Source: Setoptus koraiensis (Eukaryota; Animalia; Arthropoda). Taken from it: DNA of 63,869 nt. Location of the stretch: assembly GCA_048013815.1 (NCBI GenBank), contig CM106586.1:2294132-2358000 (forward strand). The letters run 5' to 3'. The position numbers and the translations under genes were made by a program. Positions 37,121 to 46,397 of the stretch are shown piece after piece (within the stretch, counting starts at the first letter, position 1; each line of letters begins with the position of its first letter). Below the pieces are notes generated by a model, which had not been told where the DNA came from, made no database searches, and saw only the letters and a program-made list of their open reading frames with translations.

Positions 37121-38985
37121 CAATGCCTGCAATGATGTTTTCTATTCGTAATGCCAAACTTTGCTTGACATTCAGAACAGTTGTCACCATCTGACCACGT
37201 TGGCTCCTGAGGCAAATAATCTAATAATCGATGAAGTAGATTTTTCGAGGCAACTTGGATATTGAATATATTTGTTCCGTCTCTATTGGATGTACCGAGA
37301 CATGCACCACAGCTAATGAGTGCCCTACATAGATTGGCGTTGCCATTCTTGTAGGCTAAAAGAAGAGGAGTATTACCTTCAGCATCTTGAGTGTTAATTG
37401 GATATTCGGGCATGCATTGAATGATTAATTCAAAGATAGCTGCAGCATTTGCCTTGCCATGTTGAGCAAGCAAATGAACTGCATGTTGACCTCTTAAATT
37501 GAGTGCCTCTGCGTTGATCCGTGATTCGGATAATAGTAATTGACAAGTATTTAAGTTACTATTTTGACATGCCAAATGGAGGGCATTGTTCTTATCTACA
37601 TCAGCAGCATCAAAATTGATATTATTCTCAATTAATACTTGGCAAATAGTATGATGGTCCTTCGAAGCAGCTATATGCAAAGCAGTCTGATTTTGGATCG
37701 TTACATCATTTATATTGGCACCAGCCAATAATAGATTTCTTAATATAAGTTCTGAGCCTGACTCTGCTGCCAAATGTAGCGGACTCATTCTTGATGAGTC
37801 TTGAACTTTTGATTGAATGTTCGCATGGACAGACAATAGAAATAACACACTTTCTATGTCTTTCTTTTGAATTGCCAAGTGCAGAAATGTACGACCTTTA
37901 GCATCATATTTTTCCGCTGCATGACACTCTCTGCCTAAAATGATTTTCGCAGCATCGAAATTCTTTGTTGACATAGCTATTGAGAAAGCATTTTGCCCGT
38001 AATTGTCCTTTAATTTTAAATCTAAATGTGGTTGTGCAATCAACAGAGAAGTAATACTATTATGTTGATTGATAATGGCGATATGTAGTGGCGTTCTGCC
38101 TTCGGAATCCTGTGAGTTAATATCGGCTTGGTGTTCTAACAATGTTTGCACTACACTTTCCAAGGCCCAAGCACAAGCCAAATGAAGGGGTGCTTGCCTT
38201 TCGAATGCTTCGTCATCACCGACGCCATTAGATAACGGCAAACGAGGCGATTCACAATCGCATCCACTTCTAATCAAGAAACAAGCGGCCTCCTCATCGT
38301 TGATGTCTAACGCTTTGTGCAATAAATTCTGTTTGTATTTTGAAGTTTCCTCCTCCCAAGAGTTTGTGTCGCATCCATGCTCAACAAGAATTGAAGCGAT
38401 ATCATGATAGCCTTCGACCAAGGCCAGCCACAAAGGCGAGGAGCCATTAGAACATTTGGTGTCGATTTGATTTGGTTTCTTTTTACATATCATTCGCACG
38501 ATATCAGGCGAATGTGCACAAATAGCTAGTTCTAATGGAGTTTTTTTGTCTGGGGTGCGAATCTCAAAATCGGCATGATCTAAAAGGAACTTGGCACCTT
38601 CTTCGTCTTTTTTCATGATTGCCAGATGTAACAATGTTTCGCCGGCGTCATTCAATATGTTAATATTTGCATTTATTAGCATCCGGGCAACTTTATCCAG
38701 TCCGTAATTTGGTGCGAGAGATAATAGACATTTGTCGCACAAAAGGTTCAAATTCTTAGCAATAGCGGAGGTGGTGGTGGTGTCGGCCGAGTTTTCTAAG
38801 CTTGTAGGAGTCGGTGGTTCACTTATGGTCTCAGTCGATTCATCCAAGATAGCGGTATTACTACTGCCAGTCGTAGTGGCGGCCGCGATTGAGTCAGGAA
38901 CCTGTTTCGTATCTAAATCTATGAGATGGCTACTATCGAATAGAGTTGTACGACATCGTTGACACTTGAAGAGATTGACTTCCAT
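37121..38985 (-). CDS. ANKFY1: Rabankyrin-5 (ANKFY1)-like exon 1: atypical N-terminal CxxC cassette, ankyrin repeats, first half of FYVE; 661 aa in total
   Basis: Runs such as ACFLIRSGCD, KKDIESVLFLLSVHAN and RNLLLAGA, plus FYVE WxxD..RKHHCRH, match ANKFY1. Donor TG|GTTAGT at 37120. Confidence 0.92.
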
Positions 38986-39981
38986 AATTGATGAAAATTA
39001 TTCTAATGATAATAACGAAAATTTGATAATATGTTGGATGATACCAATAGTATTATTCCTACTCAGATGGCTAAAAATGCTGCAATAGCTATAACATGTG
39101 ATCACTGAACATCCTACACGATTGTGTAATATTCTATAGGGTGTGAGGATCAATTCGTTTAGTTCCTACAGATTAAGCTATGCTGCCTTCCACAGTGCAT
39201 TTTTTGCACAAAAACACTCCTTGCTGATTGAGATTTTTCCAATGCGAACTGATGTTTTATGAAAGATTCACCAGAGGCGCTGGTCAAATTTTGTTCAACA
39301 GAGAGTGCTGTGAAGCGCCGCCCTCGCGGATCTTTTACGAGTCAATGCAGATGCATCAGAAAAACCCTATCCAAGCTGCGCTTTCCTAAATCGCACAGTT
39401 CGTGCGTTAGCAAGATTCTGAGCATGTTTGGCGCCGCCATACATTAGGAACACACTAAGCACTGCGTACTTTCTGTGCTTTTGTGCTGCGCAGGGGACTT
39501 GAGACATCGACGAGTTGATTTTCACACCCTAAAGGGTGTTTCAAACATAGCGCACAACTATAAACTACACTGTGCTGCTCGCTGGCACATATTCTTCCTG
39601 ATCCAGTGATCAAATTAAATTTAGCACAATAAATCAGATGGATTGTGTCGAGGTCAACTAAGGCCCCAATTATTCGGCACAATTATTGCTTTCGCGCTGC
39701 ACACAGCCTCTCTACGCACACTAAAGCTTCCACAGTACATCGACAAATATCGAAAAAAAAGCATTCAAGTGCAGACGGAATGCATGTGTAAAGGGTGTTT
39801 TAAGCAGAGAGTGCAAAAGCATTAATAAGGCTAAGTCTGCCCTCCACAGTGCTTTATTTTTCGCACCAACCGCAACCAACCAACTGAAAAATAATTGTAT
39901 AAATATACATTGCTGTTATATTTATAATAACAGTGATAATAATTATAATTGTGAAAACCATCATTATAACAATCATTAATA

Positions 39982-42900
39982 ATGACCCAACAAATGAATG
40001 AACTTTCTCAAGATGGAGGTTACAAAATTCAAACCTTCTACCCTAACATGGAGCAAATGAAAGACTTCTCAGCTTATATCAAATATATTGAGTCAACTGG
40101 AGCACATAGAGCAGGATTGGCTAAAATTGTCCCACCTGAAGAATGGAAACCAAGGAAAAAAACTTACGAAGATGATGATGTATACAAATTAGTGATACCT
40201 ACACCTATTGAACAAATTGTTAAAGGCGCAAAGGGTCTATACCAGCAATACCACGAGGAAAAAAAGAAAATAACAGTCAGAGATTTCAAGAAGAAGGCTG
40301 AAGAGAGTTACTCCACACCAGAGCACGCTAGTGATGAAGATTTAGAGAGAATTTATTGGAAAAATATCTCATTTAAGCCCTCTATTTATGGAGCTGATGT
40401 TCCTGGTTCATTATATGATGAAGATGTCGATGAATTCAATATAGTCAAACTAAAAACTATTCTAGACGATGTTGTGGGCGATTATAACATTTCTATACAG
40501 GGCGTCAATACAGCATATTTATATTTTGGAATGTGGAAAACAACTTTCTGCTGGCACACAGAAGACATGGACTTATACAGTATCAATTATTTGCATTTTG
40601 GCTCGCCCAAAGCATGGTATTGCATCTCTCCAGAGCATGGCAAAAGATTTGAGAGATTGGCCGCCGGTTTCTTTCCACAATTCCACAAAAGCTGCCGGGC
40701 CTTCCTTCGTCATAAGACAACACTCATCTCACCACAGATATTGAAAAAATATTCTATACCATTCTCTAAAATCGTCCAGAAACAGAGAGAATTTATGATC
40801 ACATTTCCTTATTCATATCATTCTGGATTCAATCATGGCTTCAATTGTGCGGAATCTACTAATTTCGCCATAGAGAGGTGGATAGAGTTTGGTAAATGGG
40901 CTACTAGGTGCGATTGTCACGATTCAGTTAAGATCTCTATGCAAACATTTGTTAAAAAATATCAGCCAGACCGATATGAGAGCTGGTTGATGGGTAAAGA
41001 TATATGCCAAGATCCAAGAGAACTAAAACATCTTGGTCCTTGCCCTAGGCCATCTGATTACGATTTGGATATTCTTGGTCTTGGAAGGAGAGAAGAATTG
41101 AACGGAAAACTTATCGAGATGTCCTCCGAGGATTCTAAATCGGAAGTAGACCAAAATGCTCTCAAAATTAAGACCAAAGCGGCCCTCAAAGCTTTCCCGA
41201 CCTTAGAAGAGACAATCCAAAGATTAAATAAACGCAAACAAAATAAAAATCGTGGCGTGCAACCTCACATAGAAATGCACTCTTACGCTCGATCAACGAT
41301 GATAAGACCACACAAAACTATACTGCCGAGGACGATGGTCCCTATATTAAATCCGCTATCTACAAGTGACGTTGAAGACACGAAAGGAAATTTTCTCTTT
41401 CTGCAACGGAACATAGAGACTTGGAATTTAAATAAATTTAACCCTCTACTGCCCGTCGGTGTTGCACAGAATAATCGACACCAATCTGGTGACAGTAATA
41501 ATAACGAATCATCTGGTAGGAACACAGACGAAGAAGTCATCAAGATGGCGTATTGTTTAAGCGAAGCCAGCAAGACCAAGTGTCCCAAGCCGATTCTTGA
41601 TAGACCAGATAAACGACCTAGGTTTGCTGCAGCAATCACTTCGGAAAGATTTCGATTACTACCCAATGACTGCACTTTCACACAAGAAAAGAGATTTAAC
41701 AAGTGTATGGCATCTCAGCCGCCGCACTGCTCTGTATGTCAATTCGTTAGAGAATTCCCAACCGATGATAAATTTTGGGAACCTGTGTGTTCTTCAAATA
41801 CAGAACCCACCGTCTCACCCCCAACCACTGCACCAGTGTTGATGCCTCACAGTGTATTCAGACAGATAGAGGAAAAGAAGAAAGACGACTCGGCAGGAGA
41901 AACCACAACTGAGACTCCTATTGGCTCTACTTCAAATTCTGCGTCTACAAGTTGCGACATAAATGATGATAGTCATGTTGAAGAATTGCTAAACTGCTCG
42001 GTTTGTACTCTTTGTGTGCATCGGGTGTGCTACGGATTGTCTAGAGCTAAATCAGCAAATGACAAAAAGGATTGGACTTGTGATAGATGCTTGGAGAAAA
42101 ATCGCAGCTTTATTTATTGTTATATGTGTCCCTGCCGTGGAGGGGCGCTCAAAGAAATCCCCAACAACCGTTGGGTTCATATTACGTGTGCTTTATCCAC
42201 TCCTTTTTTCACGATGACTGATCTCAGATTTCCTTGGTCCATACATATAGATGATACTGCTAGAAAAGAGGAGCAGAGGCAACAAGCAGCAGGTGGAATA
42301 ACTTGTCATTTCTGCAAATCAGAACCCAATAGTAACTCTACGTATAAGTCAATATTCGGCTACTATCTTAGATGTGATTTCGAGGAAAATCGCCTCGGCG
42401 ACTGCTCTGATTGCTCTGTATGGTTCCACGCTACCTGCGGTCATAGAAGAGGAGCCATTTTTGAGCCTCGCGACTGGTGCTCAGACCTTGATTATTCTTT
42501 CGAAGCCTATAGAATACCCTTCAAAATCACCTGCCCGAAGCATAACGATCCAGAAAGTGCGGACGAAAACGAAAATCAAGTGTTCAAAAATCATGATGAA
42601 ATTGATGAGACAACCGGGAAGCGAAAATTGCCTAGGATACCTGAAGGAACTCATGTTATCGCTGAGCACAGCGAGGATACATTGTACCACGATGCTATCA
42701 TAGTGAAATACGTTGTGAAAACTTATCACCATGTCTTCTGTGCAGCCGATAACTCAACATGCGAAGTACCCATTGAAGACATTGTGTCGTGCATTTCTGA
42801 GGGGGAAAAGGACACGCGGAAGAGGAACTGGCAAGTAGGTGATAACTTATCTATTAAATATCGCAAGGAAATTCTGTTCGGTAGATGGGTTCGCAGCACA

Positions 42901-43050
42901 CAGGAAGAAGTATATAGGGTAAAGTTTGAGCTCAAGAACGAGAAACCGTACGATCATGTGAAGAGAGAGAATATATATTTGAACGTTAGCGAAATGCCAA
43001 ACCGGTTGTTGAGGAGGTACGAGACGCGTTGCGCAATTTATTACAAATGA
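39982..43050 (+). CDS. KDM4: KDM4/JMJD2 histone lysine demethylase (JmjN-JmjC-PHD-ePHD-double Tudor), intronless, 1022 aa
   Basis: JmjN HRAGLAKIVPP; JmjC FCWHTEDMDLYSINYLHFG and YHSGFNHGFNCAESTNFA with intact HxE..H iron ligands; Cys/His PHD spacing; Tudor EDIVS..VKRENIY. Confidence 0.97.
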   Translation: MTQQMNELSQDGGYKIQTFYPNMEQMKDFSAYIKYIESTGAHRAGLAKIVPPEEWKPRKKTYEDDDVYKLVIPTPIEQIVKGAKGLYQQYHEEKKKITVRDFKKKAEESYSTPEHASDEDLERIYWKNISFKPSIYGADVPGSLYDEDVDEFNIVKLKTILDDVVGDYNISIQGVNTAYLYFGMWKTTFCWHTEDMDLYSINYLHFGSPKAWYCISPEHGKRFERLAAGFFPQFHKSCRAFLRHKTTLISPQILKKYSIPFSKIVQKQREFMITFPYSYHSGFNHGFNCAESTNFAIERWIEFGKWATRCDCHDSVKISMQTFVKKYQPDRYESWLMGKDICQDPRELKHLGPCPRPSDYDLDILGLGRREELNGKLIEMSSEDSKSEVDQNALKIKTKAALKAFPTLEETIQRLNKRKQNKNRGVQPHIEMHSYARSTMIRPHKTILPRTMVPILNPLSTSDVEDTKGNFLFLQRNIETWNLNKFNPLLPVGVAQNNRHQSGDSNNNESSGRNTDEEVIKMAYCLSEASKTKCPKPILDRPDKRPRFAAAITSERFRLLPNDCTFTQEKRFNKCMASQPPHCSVCQFVREFPTDDKFWEPVCSSNTEPTVSPPTTAPVLMPHSVFRQIEEKKKDDSAGETTTETPIGSTSNSASTSCDINDDSHVEELLNCSVCTLCVHRVCYGLSRAKSANDKKDWTCDRCLEKNRSFIYCYMCPCRGGALKEIPNNRWVHITCALSTPFFTMTDLRFPWSIHIDDTARKEEQRQQAAGGITCHFCKSEPNSNSTYKSIFGYYLRCDFEENRLGDCSDCSVWFHATCGHRRGAIFEPRDWCSDLDYSFEAYRIPFKITCPKHNDPESADENENQVFKNHDEIDETTGKRKLPRIPEGTHVIAEHSEDTLYHDAIIVKYVVKTYHHVFCAADNSTCEVPIEDIVSCISEGEKDTRKRNWQVGDNLSIKYRKEILFGRWVRSTQEEVYRVKFELKNEKPYDHVKRENIYLNVSEMPNRLLRRYETRCAIYYK

Positions 43051-43080
43051 TAATATACACAAGACCGTCACTTCGGTCAA

Positions 43081-43089
43081 TTTATTAAA
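43081..43089. terminator. Overlapping poly(A) signals: ATTAAA (+, 43084-43089) and AATAAA (-, 43081-43086)
   Basis: TTTATTAAA lies in the 120-bp gap between the convergent KDM4 and RPN2 stops. A second minus-strand AATAAA is at 43144-43149. Confidence 0.5.
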
Positions 43090-43170
43090 GTAGCAATGAT
43101 TTTTGATGTAGATATACAATTCTTTTTACTGGTGCAAGAGAGCTTTATTCTTTGATGTATTTAATATAAC

Positions 43171-43518
43171 TCAAAATGAATAATATAGCAAGCATGTTAG
43201 TGGAGTAGCGTATTTCAGAGTTGTGAACATGTTAGTACCGAACCAAAAGTTGGCATAAATTGATAATATGCCTGCTAGTGCTAATTGAAAAATTAATCTA
43301 ACTTCTTTCAGGGCAATTTTTTTTGGCCAGAAGGTCCATAAGAAAAATACCGGTGAGGCGACCAACAGAGTGAATATCGAAGTGATGACAAAAGACGGTC
43401 TACTCTCCGGCTTCTTGAATTCATGTTTGATCTCGGGCTTCAAGCATACTGCACAGGTGACACTAATCAGAATGATGACGAAGATGTATATGAACCTAAA
43501 ATGGGCTGGGCTTCCCAT
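43171..43518 (-). CDS. RPN2: Miniature ribophorin II / Swp1 (OST subunit): signal peptide plus C-terminal 3-TM module only, 115 aa
   Basis: KPEIKHEFKKPESRPSFVITSIFT and NMFTTLKY match the recalled RPN2 C-terminus [24 protein letters not shown] and NMFQTLKY. The N-terminal hydrophobic stretch looks like a signal peptide. Confidence 0.85.
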   Translation of the reverse strand: MGSPAHFRFIYIFVIILISVTCAVCLKPEIKHEFKKPESRPSFVITSIFTLLVASPVFFLWTFWPKKIALKEVRLIFQLALAGILSIYANFWFGTNMFTTLKYATPLTCLLYYSF

Positions 43519-43834
43519 GATGGTGAATAAAGTTATATGTCCTTTGTAGAGAAACGATTTAAGTTTAAAATTTGTTTTGAGGGACTGTTGAATTTGTAAA
43601 TGAAAATACTACAGTTCGGCATGTTTAGGTGGCTCATCTAGTGATAATCACTGTAAAGGGATACTCAAATTGTAGTCCAATGAATGGCGCGTGATTTAAA
43701 CAAAAATAAAAATAAACGGACGATTGAGCGATATGCACAAGTCCCCTTCTAAAAGTCAGCTGTGAAGTTCCTGTTCTTGTTCACGTTCCCCCCAGGACGA
43801 GTGCCATGTGTGCTCCGTTGGGAGAACAGACAGG

Positions 43835-43986
43835 GTAAGTAATCTGGAAAGGTGGGAGACGGTGGGAGTGGGTGGTCTCTGAACAGCACAAATTCATTAG
43901 AATTGCTCGCTCGGCCCAGTATCTAAAATATCTCTTTAGAGCATACCCCAATATTTGTCAGAGAGAAGATATAAGATTGTGTTTAG
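43835..43986 (+). other. Probable 5'-UTR intron of cyclin H
   Basis: CAGG|GTAAGT donor and tttag| acceptor 9 nt before the ATG. Confidence 0.5.
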
Positions 43987-43995
43987 GTCATCAAA

Positions 43996-44859
43996 ATGTA
44001 TAGTACTAGTACACAAAGGAAATTCTGGCTCTATAGCAGCAGCAAAAAACTTGAAAAGCTTAGACAGCAAGCAAATGAAGAGTATATCATGAGAAGACAA
44101 ACTCAGGGCCCGATGGTTAATGAGAGTAATTTTTTGACAACAAGAGAGGAATCCTACTACATCAAACACAACTTGAATATTCTTTATGATGTATGTAAAA
44201 AATTCCAACCCACAATGCTCAAATCAGTGATAGGAACAGCGTTTCAATATTTCAAAAGATTCTATCTAACTAATTCTTGTATGGAGTACCTTCCGAAAAA
44301 CATTGCAGTGACATGTTTTTATTTAGCTTGTAAAGTTGAAGAATTCAATGTTAATATCAACCAGTTTGTATCTAATTTGAAAGGCGACGGCGAAAGAGCT
44401 GCAGATATTGTACTCTCGAATGAGCTTCTATTAATGCAAAAATTGAAGTATCACTTGACCGTACACAATCCATATAGATCGGTTGAGGGACTATTAATAG
44501 ATTTGAAGACAAGAGGATCATTTGAATCGGATGATATTGAAGAACTCCGACCCTACATAGACGATTATATTGATAGAGTAATGTTCACAGACGCTTGTTT
44601 CCTATTTACTCCATCCCAAATAGCCCTATCTTCAATACTATTTGGAGCCTCAAAGTACAACTTGAACATTGAACCTTACTTAGCTGATGTTTTGTTCCAT
44701 GATGCACCAGAAAAATTGATCCATATAAAGAATATTAGTGAGGCTATTAACGGACTACTCCAATCACAAGAAAATCCCACAAAGGATATCATAAAGTCTA
44801 TAGATAAGAAATTGAAACATGTTCATCTCGAAATAAAGAATGTTGATCCTCCTGAGTAA
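43996..44859 (+). CDS. CCNH: Cyclin H (CAK/TFIIH subunit), CDS intronless, 287 aa
   Basis: MYSTSTQRKFW start, YFKRFYLTNSCMEYLPK, LACKVEEFNV, LKYHLTVHNPYR, LFTPSQIAL. Confidence 0.96.
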   Translation: MYSTSTQRKFWLYSSSKKLEKLRQQANEEYIMRRQTQGPMVNESNFLTTREESYYIKHNLNILYDVCKKFQPTMLKSVIGTAFQYFKRFYLTNSCMEYLPKNIAVTCFYLACKVEEFNVNINQFVSNLKGDGERAADIVLSNELLLMQKLKYHLTVHNPYRSVEGLLIDLKTRGSFESDDIEELRPYIDDYIDRVMFTDACFLFTPSQIALSSILFGASKYNLNIEPYLADVLFHDAPEKLIHIKNISEAINGLLQSQENPTKDIIKSIDKKLKHVHLEIKNVDPPE

Positions 44860-46397
44860 GAACGTGTGGCAATTAGTCAACTCAGCGGTTGTTTGAAAGG
44901 AATGGATGTAAGAAAAGTCGCTCTATCGCTTTTAACAATTTATCAAGTATGAATTCAACTTTTTTTGTCTACTCAGAGGGCGCATTGATGGAACAGGTGG
45001 CCCAAGTGCCTATAGCTGAATAAACAGCACTAAGTCGCAAAACTAATTGTAGCGTCTCATAAATTATTCGAACCTAAATTGTTCTAACCAACAATGATTC
45101 AGTAATCCTAGCTCCAGCGTCTCTGATGAAACAAAGTGTCCACTCTATGTCATTAATTTATATCCTAATTGTGGTTGGTATCCGTGTACCAAAGCTCTGT
45201 TTGAAAACGAATGTCCAATTGAAATGCCCTAGAAATTAGCTGATGTCTTCATTTATGTTACTACTATCATTGGTAACCATTCGTTGAGTTTACTTAAAGA
45301 CGATACGATGTGTGTATTACGGTAATGTTATATTAAACAGACAAATATAGATCAGTGGTGAATTGATAGGATAAAAATGACCATCAAAGCTTAGTTATTA
45401 AGGCAATTGATGATTGCATTGTAATGCAAGTTAATTCGTATAAGGAACCACAAGTGCGACTTTATTTTTAATTGTATTTGGTATATCCATGTGGCACGCG
45501 CCACTAACGACAACCATCGTGTTGATGAGTGTCACATGTGGTCAGCATATGAGTTTTTTCTGCTCTTTCCTCTTCACTTCACTTGTTTTCTTTTTGTTGT
45601 CTTCCTCATCCTCATCATTCTGGCGACTTGAATAAAATTAGTTTGAGCAATACTGTAGTAATGCGAATAGCGAAGCACATGCTGTTGCTCGCCTCGTTGT
45701 TCTGTTTGTTTGCTTGCTGTTAATTGTGTTGTGCTTGCTCGTTGTCTACATATTTTTTCTTTTTCCTCTTCTTGTACTTATACTGTACTATGATAGTTGG
45801 ATCTGGTCCAAACACAATAATAATAAAGCATACTGAGATTAGCTACAGCGAATCCATGTTGTATGCTTGCATCCAGATGCTGCTTCTTCTTCATCCTGAG
45901 TATAACTTAACAACAATTTCTCTTCTCAAAATGCTAAGTGCGCTGTGTTCTAAATGTAAAATACAATTTGAGTTTGCTTCTTATGTGCCTTGACACCAGG
46001 CTTTAAACTAAGTAAAAATTTGCGCAAAAAGTATAAGACATTATACTGTCGTGATGCACATGCACTACTTTCTGTGCAAAATAGAACAGAAAGAATGAAT
46101 CGCTTACTATTGAATAGCCAATAGTAAGTGCCGCACAACTCTCAGAACAAACAGTTTACTACGGGGAGTGATGATGATGAAGAGCGGCGCGCAACAGTGT
46201 TCAACTAAAAGTAGTATGGCACACAGTATTATCGCACGAGCAAATGCGACACTTTCACTCGCTTCCGATTATTGATACACAGAGCAGTTGGTTATATTTG
46301 CTTCAACTCATTGTTATTATGACTACAATTACGGTACTACTACAATTGTCTTGACTTATAATTTTGTGATAATATTACACAACACTAGAATAGCAAA

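Noticed and set aside
39524-39539. Hairpin considered as a Helitron 3' end
   Set aside because: No CTRR terminus follows it.
41283-43119. Antisense and alternate-frame ORFs inside KDM4 (likewise inside tubulin, ZMIZ and the transposase)
   Set aside because: Shadows of real coding sequence.
43720-43920. GC-rich island considered as U1 snRNA or RNase P/MRP RNA
   Set aside because: TACTTACC is simply the reverse complement of a GTAAGT donor. There is no U1 stem-loop I or downstream Sm site, and the P4-like halves do not pair or have the right spacing.
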